64,000 nucleotides of DNA. Source: Amoebidium appalachense (taxonomy: Eukaryota > Protista > Ichthyosporea). The position numbers were made by a program, and so were the translations under genes. Shown one piece after another: positions 26,071-38,128 of the stretch; position 1 is the stretch's first letter; every line of letters starts with the position of its first letter. Under the pieces are notes generated by a model. The model made no database searches. It saw only the letters and a program-made list of their open reading frames with translations, and was not told where the DNA came from. Location of the stretch: positions 1,369,038 to 1,433,037 of the forward strand of contig CAVNZM010000016.1 of the NCBI GenBank assembly GCA_963693365.1, in the 5' to 3' direction.

Positions 26071-26914
26071 TCCCCACAGGCCGAAAAAACAAAACAAGAA
26101 ACTTTGAAAAACAAAAAAACACATTCCCCTCCCTTGCACACATACGCATACACACACCCAGCCCACGCACTGCTTCATCCCACACCTTCACACGTAGTCT
26201 TCCCCCCCCCCCCCCCACACACACACACACACACACACACACCCCCCACCCCCCCGTCCCATCCCCCCCCCCCCCCCCCCCCCCCCACCACCACCACCAC
26301 CAAGAAAAAACACACACAACCACACAAAAACATACACACCACCACCAAGAAAAAACACACACAACCACACAAAAACATACACACCACCACCAAGAAAAAA
26401 CACACACAACCACACAAAAACATACACACCACCACCAAGAAAAAACACACACAACCACACAAAAACATACACACCACCACCGAGAAAAAACACACACAAC
26501 CACACAAAAACATACACAAACATACGCACCACCACCCCAAACCCCCAACTAAGTACCCAAGCACCCACACCCCTTAAATCCTAACTTCACTCGTTCAAAA
26601 ATGTTCAAGACTGGTGCAAACAGTACCACCTGTGCAAGCAATACACCTGTGCAAACAGTACACCTGTGCAAGCAATACACCTGTGCAAACAGTACACCAG
26701 TGCCGACGGTAGGCTTCCCAAGCGCATGCACACTGTACCATTAGTGGGTCAATTACACACCTGTTAGTTTGTTGCTCTCGAGGTTCAGTTCGTCCAATCT
26801 GTTGCACTTGCCTAGTGAGGCAGGTAGGCTGGTGAGCTGGTTGTACCTGCACGTACGTGTGTGTGTGTGTGTGTGCGTGTGTGTGTGTGTGTGCGTGTGT
26901 GTGTGCAAGTGTGT

Positions 26915-26951
<37 letters not shown>

Positions 26952-27249
26952 TGTGTGTGTGTGCATGTGAGGGCGCACGTGCGTGTGGGATGTAAAAGTG
27001 TAGTGTTAGTATGGGCTGCACATGCAGACCCGCAGCGAGAGGAGAAATTGAGGCGTGTAATGGAAGCACTAGGAATGTGCAAAGTATTCAGAACCGTTTT
27101 CCCGGGGTGGGGCATGTCTTAGTGTCCGAAACAGCACAAACCAACAGGTCCATGCTCTTTCTCCCTACCACCCTCCCCCGCCTCCCCGCCCTGACGCACA
27201 CACACACACACACGCATACAGGCACGCACAGTGTAGTTCCCTCTCTCTA

Positions 27250-27284
<35 letters not shown>

Positions 27285-27346
27285 CACCATTCTCCCCACA
27301 CACCCACAATCCCCCCCGCCCCTTCCGCCCCGCCTCCTCCCCCTTA

Positions 27347-27377
<31 letters not shown>

Positions 27378-27965
27378 AAGCAAGCACACACACACACACG
27401 CACATACACACCTAAGGCCAAGCAGTTTTAGCTTTGATAGGTCCCCGATGCTGTCGGGAAGGGATGTAAGCTTGTTGTGCTGCACGTCCAGATTCGTCAG
27501 GTTGATGCACTTGCCCACAACTGCACATTGTTGTGAAAGGTTGGTTAGTGGCCAAGCAGCGGCATTTCGTTTTGTCGCGTCATGGTATGCATGGTAAGTG
27601 GCCCACAATTGAATGGCTTGCTGGTACTCGTGTACGTGGTCTGTTGTTGGGTACGCACACTGTTTGCACTAAAGCAGTGTAGTACACTTGTTTCTTGCGT
27701 GCCAAAACGAAAAACGCAAAAGCAGTTGTGCAAGCACGACCGCCCAAGCGTACAACATTTGAATTAAGCCAGTCGTCAAAGGGTTCTTATACTTCGATAC
27801 TCCCAAAAAGAAAGAGGGGGGGGGGGGGGGGGGTGGGGGGGTGGGGAGGGGGGAGGGGGGCGGTGGAAAAGGCGCGCATGAGTGTGGGGAAGGTGGGGAG
27901 GGAGAGGGAGAAGGGGGGGGGGGGGGAGGGGGAAGAGAGAGAGAGGAAGAGGGAGAGGGAGAGGG

Positions 27966-28044
<79 letters not shown>

Positions 28045-28927
28045 AGAGAAGAGAGGGAGAGAGACAGGAAGAGGGGCAAGAGGGAGGAGGGCGGTCCCAA
28101 TTACAACGTATCTGGAGAAGACAGGGGGGGGGGGGGGGGGGGAGGGGGGGAGGTTTGAGTTTTTCCTCTTACCAGCTGGGAGCTCAGTAAGTACGTTGTG
28201 TGTTGCATCGAGCACCTGAAGATTTGTCAGCTCCTTGATCTCATCCGGTAGCCGCTCAATCTTGTTGTTGCGGATGGACAGGAACGTGATTTTCTGCAAA
28301 CATGATTGGCTGGAGGTCAGGTGCGCGGTGTAGCCAGGCAGGGGGGGGGGGGGGGGGGGGGCTGTAGAGTAGAATGTGGAATATGGTGTGATGTATAATG
28401 GATAGATAGGAACGTGATTTTCTGGATGGGTGATTGGGTGGAGGTCAGGTGCGTGGTGTAGCCGGGAAGGGCTGGGAGGGCTTGGGGGGGGGGGGGGGGG
28501 GAAGGGGAGAGGGGGTAAAATGCGCTACAGAATACCAAGCAAGACTCACGACAGACAGTTTGGTGACGATGCAGAATTTGCACAGCAAACATGAACAGTA
28601 TGTGTCATAAGCAAAGCCCATCCTTAGGGCTTAGCCTACCAGTGTGTGTGTGTTGGGGGGAGGGGGGGGGGGGGGGGGAGGGGAGGGTAAATGCATCATA
28701 AAGTGCAGGAGGGAGGGGTGGAATGGTTGGTTTGGATGTGGTGCAAAGTGTGGGTGGTGGTAGTGGTGCTGGCAAAGTGCAATAACTGGTGTGTGGGCAC
28801 GTGTGTATTCGTTCAAGCTTGTGCGGGTGAGTGTGGGTGCATGCGTGAGTGTGTGTGCATCTGTACATGTGTGTTTGTCTGTGTGTGGTGTGTGTGTGTG
28901 TGTGTCTGTGTGTGTGTGTGTCTGTGT

Positions 28928-28999
<72 letters not shown>

Positions 29000-29100
29000 T
29001 TTGTGCATACATGTTCATGTATGTACATGTACATCTCTAAGCTTGTATGCATGTGTGTATGTGTGTGTGTGTGCATGTGTGTGTGTGTGTGTGTGTATGA

Positions 29101-29156
<56 letters not shown>

Positions 29157-29861
29157 CCGCTGTGCACACATGTGCATGTATGTAAATGTATGTTTGTGCC
29201 GGTAAGCTTGTGTGCATGTGTATGTGTGTGCGTGTGTGCGCGCGCGCGTGCTTGCGTGTGTGTGGTTATGTGTATATGTGTGCAAGTGCATGCCCGTCCT
29301 TGTGCATTTGTTTATCTGTGAGCTGGAGTGTGCACGTATGTATTAGTGCTTGTTTATGGTCGTATGACTGCACACGCCCATAGGTGTATGTGTGTTTGGT
29401 GTCGGCGTCAGTGGTTTTATGTACACCTGTGAATACCCATGCAACATCCAGCACCATATGTCTCTTTGAATAAAACCACCCACTCTCACACACACACACC
29501 CTTGCACACTTTTCACCCTCACATCATGATCATTCAACTACAGCATTTACGTATTCTCACCTTCAGATTACCGATTTCGGGCCCTAGCTCCGATATCTTA
29601 TTCTGTCGTAGGTACAGCTTCTCCAAATTAGTACACCTGTAGATAACTGGCGGCACAGACGTGAATTTGTTATGTCTGTGCAATGAAACCGTGTCAGACT
29701 TATTAAGCAAAAACACAAACATCACCAGAAACAGTAACATTTTGGCGTATTTCCGTGGTTTGGATGACGAGGTAAAGGAATAATGAAGCAGTGGGTTTGG
29801 AGTAACGAGTAGGTGCCAATAAACTAGGCATGGCTGAAAAAAGAAGGGGTGAGTGAGTAGT

Positions 29862-29913
<52 letters not shown>

Positions 29914-30656
29914 GGGGGGGAGGAAATGAAGATTTTACAAATAAGCATCATACACAACGAGTAGGAATCGGAGGTGAAGTTCATCCTTCGAGGGAGATCG
30001 GAACAACTGTGTGGCTACATTACACGGTTTTACGCATAAAATCCCATCCTAGGTTGCGGGCCAACTTCCTACACTCCTCGGGGTAAATGTTTTACCTGAG
30101 ATCCAAAACCTCCAAATTCAAGTTTGCCAACTCATCCGGTAGAGACGACAGGTTGTTTTCGCTGATGGCAATGGTTTTTAGGTTGCTCATCTTGCAGAGC
30201 TCTGGCGGCAACACTGCGGGGGGGGGGGGGGGGGGGGGGGGGTGGAGAGGGAGAGGGGGGGGGGGGGGGGGGGAATTATTAATTTCCTCAATTCTGAGCC
30301 CCATATCGAGCAAACTATAATGAGTAACATGTCTTGGGTCGGATGTGGAGAAATATGGTGGCGATAGAGGGGTTGAGGGGGTGGCGTTGGGTTTGGAGGG
30401 GGAGGGAGTCGACAGGTGTAGGAAAAAAAAAGGGGGGGGGGGGGGGGGGGGGGTTGAATGCGTCATAAGGTACGAAGAACAACGGATAACACGATGCAGA
30501 ATGCAAACAATACATAAAGAGTATGCATAATAAGCAGAGCCCATTCTCAGGGGGGGGGGCACGTCATCCACAGTACCCGAGTTTCGACCTATTCACCTCG
30601 TTAACGAAACCCAACTCAGATACTGTTTCACTTGAACATGGGTAGGTCACCCGTCT

Positions 30657-30687
<31 letters not shown>

Positions 30688-31010
30688 TAGAATGCACCAA
30701 TGTAGGCGGGTGGTAGAAAACACCAATGTACATGATAAGGGGTGCCATGCAAAAGCGAACCCACAGACAGGAACATGTAACATGCATGCCGAGGAGTACA
30801 ACATCAAAAATTCGGCACATAAGAAAGTGGGAGTAGCATAACTCAACGTCCTGGGGGCATGCGACAAAATAGGGATGGAAGGCAGCAAGCATTTTTTTTG
30901 TGAGGCGCGTCGGGGGGGGGGGGGGGGGGGGAGGGGGGGGAGGGGGGGGGGGGAGGCACATAATTGCGAATTCAGAACGGCAAGGGTAATACGGATTGTG
31001 GGGAAGCGTT

Positions 31011-31043
<33 letters not shown>

Positions 31044-31875
31044 TGGGGGGGGGGGGAGGGGGGGGGGGGGAAGGCGGGGAGGGGGAGGGAGTAATATCCG
31101 CAGGGGGATTCTAAGTTGCTATTTTGAACACCTACCTGAAATCTTGTTTGTGTACAGATACAACTCCTTCACGTGGTGCAAATCCCCGATAGACGGGGGG
31201 ATAAAGTTCAGCTCCTTCGAACTCAAGTCCAGAAAAGCGCTGTTTTCCTTTTTGGCCTGTTTGATGGCCTATTGACCATGGGAGGAGGATACGTCAGTTA
31301 CTGTTTTGCAGAGTGCTCATCGTGCAAACTTATAAACTACTACTACGTTTTCCCCTCCATCCTCCCCCCCCCCCCTCCCCCCACCCTCCAAACATTCACA
31401 CCCAAACACCCGCCCTACTACGGCCTTCACATCCACCCCCACCTCCTTCCCCTCCCCCCCCTACATACCTGGGCCAGCCTCACACCTCACCCTTTTAAAC
31501 AATTTCTCACAAATGCCTACACGTGCACATACAGAAGTGCACACACACACACACACTATTCAACTCCCAACCAGCCTAACTTTATTGTTCGATGTAAGGT
31601 ATGAACCAAACAATGTAATGCATAAACTGTATCTTGCATGTACAGCAGCCAGGGGAATTTGTTTGCATGACAGAATAGCTAGAAAACGGTGGTAAAGTGC
31701 AAGCAGCAGATGGAAGTGATGGGGAAGAGAGAAAAGGGGGAGGGCCTAGTGAAGGACGTTTTGGAACCTTAGGGTGGAAGATGCGGGTGAGGAGGGCGCA
31801 GGGGGGGAGAAGGATTGTGTATGTATGAGAGTGGTTTGTGTGCATGAGTGTGTTTTTTTTTTTTTTGTATGGTGT

Positions 31876-31968
<93 letters not shown>

Positions 31969-32125
31969 ACGCACGCATGCATGTGTGTACGCGTGTGTGT
32001 GTATGCACATGTGTGGGTAAGGAGAAACGGTGGGGAAGAGGGGGGGCAGGGGGAAGGGAGCTCACCGCTTTGATAGCTGGTGGTACCTCTTCTTGAGAAG
32101 AGCTCTTTTTAAATAATTTCATCAT
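21707..32125 (-). CDS. SHOC2: Leucine-rich repeat protein SHOC2/Sur-8 homolog; 13 exons, 521 aa from the first ATG
   Basis: Minus-strand exons 32125-32066, 31268-31136, 30213-30096, 29675-29561, 28293-28173, 27520-27412, 26846-26761, 25940-25831, 24980-24918, 24389-24272, 23775-23662, 22955-22785, 21954-21707; all GT-AG, 1566 nt in frame. Colinear with SHOC2 as I recall it: [76 protein letters not shown], and C-cap [14 protein letters not shown]. The start codon is less certain (a 50-nt GT-AG intron lies upstream at 32216-32167). Confidence 0.88.
26291..26518. repeat. 45-bp minisatellite, about 5 copies, intronic
   Basis: Unit accaccaccaagaaaaaacacacacaaccacacaaaaacatacac. Confidence 0.9.
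26614..26698. repeat. 17-bp tandem repeat, about 5 copies of two alternating variants
   Basis: tgtgcaaacagtacacc alternates with tgtgcaagcaatacacc. Confidence 0.85.
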
Positions 32126-33430
32126 CCTGCCGGTGTCAGTGTGCTCACGCCTCGAGCACCTATCACCTACAAATAGATCTGAAGTCAGCCTTTGATGACA
32201 CCAAATAGACGCTTACTCCCCAAAAAAAGACACGAAACGAGAAAGCCTGCCAGATGTGAAATACACCACGAACCCAACGAAGGGTGTTTGCAACTATGCT
32301 TTAGGACGTTTCCCTAAATTATGTATCCATTTATCCTTGCCATTTTTTGCTTTTGGACGTGTTTTCTATGCTCACAGAAGCACCTTGTGTGTTCAAAGCG
32401 CACAGGTAACCTTGCAACTTCGCGGCAAACAGGAAACGAGATGCCAACCCTTAGGTGAAGTGCAAATAAAATTGAGTTAAACTACACTCCACTCCTAAAT
32501 CTTCCGAATTTATGGAGCATGAGCTTGCTAGCATTTTAACAAGTAACCATTACGGTCTCCTTGTCAGAAGCATGGTGGTTAGCTATAGTGCCCTGTCTGA
32601 CATGCACCACAGTTACCAAATCCACAAAACTTCGATGCGAGACAGAAGGTGTAGATCAAAGATTTCAGGCAAAACGAGAAAGGAATAGCAAGCATGTCAA
32701 CCCACCTGAATGTTTTTCTTGCTCGTTTGGCTAGGCGGAGCTATTGTAGTAAAGAGCCCTGCCAAGTTTTTCCTTATGCCTTTCAGTCAGATCTAAACAT
32801 AAAACATTTTAGTTGCACACGGGCTCAGCTTAGATCTGTGATGCCAGAAGGGGCCTACAATGTACCTCCCAAACACCTTATATGCCTAATAAACAGGACA
32901 ATAAAAGCTATATGATAATACATATGTTCCACTCCTTTTTCTTCTCCTTTCACATAGAAGTAATGTTGAAAAACGGTGTTTTTTGAAGTATCAAGCAAAC
33001 GAAACCACGAAACTGGGGCTCGTTACTGGCTTCGACTTGATACACGCGCAGCAACTCTGTCCTGCTGAGTTACGACGCGCACCGCCTAGACTATGTTTGC
33101 TGTAAACCACTCACTGTTTATGTAAGCATAGGGATTAGTGTATTCTTGTTGTAAAATAACTAAACGATCTTAAATGCGCAAAGCAAGGTCATATCACGCA
33201 TTGCGTAATTTTGCTGCTTAATTGTCACAATCTGCTGATTGGCCAAGCGCGCTCCAAATCCTGAGCGCGGCAAATTTTTTGTACATACGGTTTCCTTGAC
33301 GTTCCTTCGCCCACAGCTGCCTGGCGGCGACAGTTTCACCATCATGGCACAGTTTCACCATGTCTGGCTGGTCACATCGAGTGACAAAGCAACAAATAAG
33401 AGAATAGCCACCGTTCGGTTATTTACAGGC

Positions 33431-33432
<2 letters not shown>

Positions 33433-33478
<46 letters not shown>
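33433..33478. repeat. (TA)n microsatellite immediately 5' of the non-LTR element
   Basis: Read directly. Confidence 0.95.
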
Positions 33479-33481
<3 letters not shown>

Positions 33482-33603
33482 TCGCACACATCGATTCAAA
33501 TGTCGCTTTTTATTATCTGCTAATAAATAGTATCCTTCGCGCATCCACCCCTAAACCAGGCCATCCGTGGCCCTAAGGGCCGGGGAACACCCCCATCCAT
33601 GTC

Positions 33604-34788
33604 ATGGCACATGCCTATAATCGTTTCAGAACCTCTTTCAAAGTTCCATCTACACCCATCACACATGTGCGACCATTAAAACGTCCAGCAGATACACCTA
33701 CCACAGATGCACAACCAGAAAAACATCGCCTTAGACTAAGCGCAACACCTATTTACAATACACTACCCATTCAGAATAACACCACACCACTCCGTAGAAA
33801 CACAATAACAACCATGCCGAAACTTTCGGTTGATACAGTACTGGCAGAACTTGCCCTCGTTAAGAAACAGCTAAATGAGCTGTTACCACTCAAGAACATG
33901 ATAGAAAAACTCCAAACAGAAAATACCCAACTCAAGCTCACCATTGATTCACTCACAGCCCAGCTAAACATTAGTGGATCGCAAAACCCCAAAACTCATG
34001 AGCAAACATCTCGCGACGGAGACATTTCCACCCCAACACAAAACAACACAGGACCGGAAGCACAGCTCCCGGCAGAGATCCTAGAATATGCGAACTCTCG
34101 TAAAACACCCGAGCTCCGCCAAATTGCCAAGGAAACATATGCCAGCATTCTTGCAGGCAACGAGTACCGCCGCAACTCCCCTCCCAAACCGCCGGCTAAG
34201 GGGAACACCCAAGCAAACGGTAACATCAACATCCCACCCAAATACGAGAGGGTGTATTTCAAAGTCAAGCACGGCAGACGCCCACACAGGGCCATGTGGT
34301 CCATCTTCAAGGCTCTCGGCTTCCGGTGCTCTCGCATCCTTTGTCTGTCCTTCATTGGATACGATGTGCTGGAAGTAGCAGTACGGGGCGACTATAACCG
34401 TGCGTTCATCCGTGACGCGACAAAGGGGTGTGGAAGCTTCTTCACCCACCTCCCAAGCTACGACCCATGCGCGCCGGAAAACATTCAGAAAGCAGACAAA
34501 GAACGTAAAGTGTCTGCTAAGAATGCGTGCGCCACACGTTGTCGTGTACGCATCAGCAAGGCAAAAGAGTTCCTCGCAAAGTTGGAAAACGATGCTACGA
34601 GCGTGATAGACACGGACACGAAGGAACCAATGTTTTCTGGTGAGAAACTGCTCGAGCGCAAACGCCGATGCGAGATGGAAATCGAGCTCTTCTGCGAACT
34701 GTTCGCGCTGGCGGAAGGTCGTGCATACGACCCCGTAAGCGACAAGTGGGAACCAACCCCACAGGTGTCGGACCAAACCGATGCCTAA
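33604..34788 (+). CDS. LINE ORF1 protein (394 aa; coiled coil plus a possible RRM-like domain)
   Basis: Long non-repetitive ORF directly upstream of the RT ORF; heptad-like stretch LAELALVKKQLNELLPLKNMIEKLQTENTQLKLTIDSL. Confidence 0.85.
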   Translation: MAHAYNRFRTSFKVPSTPITHVRPLKRPADTPTTDAQPEKHRLRLSATPIYNTLPIQNNTTPLRRNTITTMPKLSVDTVLAELALVKKQLNELLPLKNMIEKLQTENTQLKLTIDSLTAQLNISGSQNPKTHEQTSRDGDISTPTQNNTGPEAQLPAEILEYANSRKTPELRQIAKETYASILAGNEYRRNSPPKPPAKGNTQANGNINIPPKYERVYFKVKHGRRPHRAMWSIFKALGFRCSRILCLSFIGYDVLEVAVRGDYNRAFIRDATKGCGSFFTHLPSYDPCAPENIQKADKERKVSAKNACATRCRVRISKAKEFLAKLENDATSVIDTDTKEPMFSGEKLLERKRRCEMEIELFCELFALAEGRAYDPVSDKWEPTPQVSDQTDA

Positions 34789-37700
34789 TTTATCCTTCTT
34801 CTTCTGGAATGCTCGGACACTGGGCCCCCAAAAGGGCCTCCCCCCCGGGACACTCGACGATAAAATCAGCTACATACAACAACAGACAAACAACCACACG
34901 TTTACAGTGATTTGCGAAACACAGTTTAAAAACCACCACAAATTCAACTCTACATTGGTCGACACATCCACACACCCCGGTTACGCGAAAAACCGAGGCA
35001 TTATTGTACTTGCCGCACCACACGTGAGAGTGAAGTGCAAACCGGTAGCAAAAACGGAATTCTCGGTTTCTATAGAGTTTCTTTCTAATGTTTTTACTTT
35101 TGTATATTACCCACCATCTATGTCGGTTGTCGAATTGACTCACGAGTTGTCACAGTTACCAATGTCCACTGTTATTTTAGGTGATTTTAACACGCGACTC
35201 CACCACACAGACACACTGCAAGTGAGTGTCGGGTACCCATCTAAGCCCCCGGAGCGTGCTATCCCTTTAGCAAGGTATGTCCAAAGTCACACTTTGCGGT
35301 TCCCTCAAATATCCCATGCCCACAACACCGACTGGGGAGTGGCCTTTTGGCCATCAACCATGTCAAAACTCTCTCTCCCTCCTAACCTCTCTAGGTCATC
35401 TGACCACTCTCCTATCCTTTTCCTACCTAAGATCTCCCTTGATCTGCTCCCCCCTCCCCCTCCCACCTTTCGCCTCCGTCTATCCCAGCTTAAGTCACAG
35501 TGGGGTAGAGTTGATGTATGTGTATGCTATGCTACGAAACACCCTATATATATGCGCCTATTAGAATCTGCACAAGCCAGGCCAGATTCACATCTCGTAC
35601 TAGATACATGCACTAACTTTATTGTTGATGATTTGATAGATCTCGGTGATTATGCTGGCGGTGGTAGGAAGGAATATCCCGATGCTCTCTTGTTACCAAA
35701 CACCACTCCCGCTAGACTAGGTGAACCCCTGTCTCAAAAGGAAAGCTTGCGCCGGCTTGCTAGTATGAATCGATTTGGCCCCCCTGCTCGTATTATTGGT
35801 GATACCACTGGAGACCCCCTCATAGACTCTGATAAGTATTTCTCGGAACTGTTTAAAGATAGGACCCCCGCTCAGAAACCTATTGTGTGGCCTGTAGACC
35901 CATCTATCCCCATAGAATCGATCCTCCCCTTTTTCAGTCCCGATGCCATATGGTCTGTGATATCTAGTTATAGCTCTAGTAAGTCTTGTGGACCTGATGG
36001 ACTCCCTGCTGGGTTTCTTAAAATCCTTGTTCCCTCCTACCCACAAAAGGAAAGTGATCGTGCTATTAAACCTGATCTTACTATCATGTTAAGCTCTCTC
36101 TTTTCTTGGTGTGTTAAATGTGGACATGTCCCGTCATCTTGGTTAGATACCTTAGTGATCCCCATAGTTAAGAAGGACTCTGAGGGCCCCATATCATCCT
36201 TTCGCCCCATTACACTAACCCAGGTTGTTCGTAGATTCTTTGAAGCTTGCTTACTTAGGTTATTTGCACATCACCCTAGGTTTCAATCTATTCTTCACAT
36301 ACACCCATGCCAATCCGCTTTTCGTAAAAACAATTCATGTTATGTTCAAATAATGGCACTGCACGATTCTATGCAAGTTGGTGCACAATATGTTGGCTTT
36401 ATTGATTGGAAAACTGCTTACGATTCTGTCTCCCCTGGTCTCCTATGGGAAAAGCTTGCTGCACGGGGTGTACCACACTGCATTGGTGTTCTGTTAGAAG
36501 CACTCTTGTCTCAAACCTATGGTAGAGCTGTGGTTAATGGGCATCTTTCATATGGTTTTGCTCGTACTAGAGGTCTCTTGCAGGGTTCATTGCTTAGCCC
36601 CTTTTTGTTTAACCTATTTATAGATGATTTGGCTGTCAAGATTTACGCCGAAAACGATGACCCTATTAATAACTTTCCGCCTGCACTTCTCTATGCTGAT
36701 GATCTGTCCCTCCTTGCCCGTACCCCTAGACGCCTGCAAAGATTGTTCGATGTAGTGTCAGAGTGGTGCAAGGCAAACCTTATGATCCTTAACATAGACA
36801 AATGTGGTGTTCTTGTACCTGATATAGCTAACAATTTACACACATTTACATTATCATCTAAACCTGTACCTATAGTTCCAGAATACAAATATCTTGGTGT
36901 TCCGGTTGATTCTGTTGGTGTTATGTTTCCCCATATGGTCGAAAAGAGGGTAGAGTTGGCTCGTAAGCGGTTAGCTTTCTTCTCGGCTAATATTTTTAAA
37001 GACACACCCCTCCATCCTTCTATTAGACTTACATTTATTCGCACTTTTGTCTTCCCGGCATGTGAATATGGTTTACCCCTTCTCGCCGCTTGGATCAAGA
37101 AAGAGAGAACTAGAGCGCTTAAACCCTTGGCAAATTTCCTTGAAGCAGAAGTTGCCTCCTTTCTATCTAACAACTGTTGTAAACCTGGGCCTGTAACGCT
37201 CTCGATATATGGTCTGGTCCCAATAGCTGCTAGAGTATCCTATCTCGCGCTGAAATTCAATAAGCACATAAGCCGCTTAAAGAAGTATTTGCCCTCCCAC
37301 CCTCTCTTCTCTATCCGACCTGTCCCCTCCTCACCTCTCCCCTCTTTCCTCCCCTCTCTCTCCCCTTCTCCCCTGGGCACAAATACAAATAAACCCCGCA
37401 ATAGTGTGTGTGTGACTTTGGACTGCCACTTACTTATTAAACATGTACACAATCACAAGATAATCACGCAATATAACAAATGGAAAAAGATACCACACGA
37501 CACTAGACCCGATGAAAGCATACACCTTGAAAAACTAAGCCTTATGTCTCGTTTTATATATACTGACCGCCTCAACCATATTGCCAAATATGGCACTCGC
37601 AAGTGTATAACACCTAAATACATATTACCTTCCTGTAGAACTGGTCTTTCTCTAGCTGATGGTATTATTGATCAATTACCACGCTTTTACTGTACACGTG

Positions 37701-37975
37701 CTATACAGTGGAGATCTAATAAGTATAAGGTGGCATCATTTGCATGCCCAAACAACACACACACACACCAGTTTAACCGGTCATGTATCGCCAAATGTAG
37801 TTTGATAGACCACATAATACCGCAACACACACACGTCACATTCACAACAGACACCCAGAAAGATAGCCTACCTGTAAATTACAACATCCTTGATTTTATA
37901 CTAAACACGCGTAACTACGACCTGTTTATTAGATGTATTGATTGGCTTGAGAAACACATCACTACAAAATTATAG
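34781..37975 (+). CDS. LINE ORF2: apurinic-like endonuclease plus reverse transcriptase (1064 aa)
   Basis: Endonuclease motifs WNAR, ICETQ, YYPP, ILGDFN, SDH; RT motifs KSCGPDG, FRPITL, QSAFR, FIDWKTAYDSV, GLLQGSLLSPFLFN, LYADD, YKYLG; C-terminal Cys cluster CPNN...FNRSCIAKC. Confidence 0.96.
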   Translation: MPNLSFFFWNARTLGPQKGLPPGTLDDKISYIQQQTNNHTFTVICETQFKNHHKFNSTLVDTSTHPGYAKNRGIIVLAAPHVRVKCKPVAKTEFSVSIEFLSNVFTFVYYPPSMSVVELTHELSQLPMSTVILGDFNTRLHHTDTLQVSVGYPSKPPERAIPLARYVQSHTLRFPQISHAHNTDWGVAFWPSTMSKLSLPPNLSRSSDHSPILFLPKISLDLLPPPPPTFRLRLSQLKSQWGRVDVCVCYATKHPIYMRLLESAQARPDSHLVLDTCTNFIVDDLIDLGDYAGGGRKEYPDALLLPNTTPARLGEPLSQKESLRRLASMNRFGPPARIIGDTTGDPLIDSDKYFSELFKDRTPAQKPIVWPVDPSIPIESILPFFSPDAIWSVISSYSSSKSCGPDGLPAGFLKILVPSYPQKESDRAIKPDLTIMLSSLFSWCVKCGHVPSSWLDTLVIPIVKKDSEGPISSFRPITLTQVVRRFFEACLLRLFAHHPRFQSILHIHPCQSAFRKNNSCYVQIMALHDSMQVGAQYVGFIDWKTAYDSVSPGLLWEKLAARGVPHCIGVLLEALLSQTYGRAVVNGHLSYGFARTRGLLQGSLLSPFLFNLFIDDLAVKIYAENDDPINNFPPALLYADDLSLLARTPRRLQRLFDVVSEWCKANLMILNIDKCGVLVPDIANNLHTFTLSSKPVPIVPEYKYLGVPVDSVGVMFPHMVEKRVELARKRLAFFSANIFKDTPLHPSIRLTFIRTFVFPACEYGLPLLAAWIKKERTRALKPLANFLEAEVASFLSNNCCKPGPVTLSIYGLVPIAARVSYLALKFNKHISRLKKYLPSHPLFSIRPVPSSPLPSFLPSLSPSPLGTNTNKPRNSVCVTLDCHLLIKHVHNHKIITQYNKWKKIPHDTRPDESIHLEKLSLMSRFIYTDRLNHIAKYGTRKCITPKYILPSCRTGLSLADGIIDQLPRFYCTRAIQWRSNKYKVASFACPNNTHTHQFNRSCIAKCSLIDHIIPQHTHVTFTTDTQKDSLPVNYNILDFILNTRNYDLFIRCIDWLEKHITTKL

Positions 37976-37996
37976 CGCACGCGCACACACACACAC

Positions 37997-38053
<57 letters not shown>

Positions 38054-38085
38054 CCAGCTGATACCGAGTGTCCCGAGGGGAGCCC

Positions 38086-38128
<43 letters not shown>

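Larger units (their letters stand above)
33479..38127 (+). mobile_element. Apparently full-length APE-type non-LTR retrotransposon (LINE) with two intact ORFs
   Basis: ORF1 and ORF2 overlap by 8 nt (ATGCCTAA). The ORF2 stop is followed by (CA)n and then an A-run at 38090-38127. Boundaries are approximate. Confidence 0.88.
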
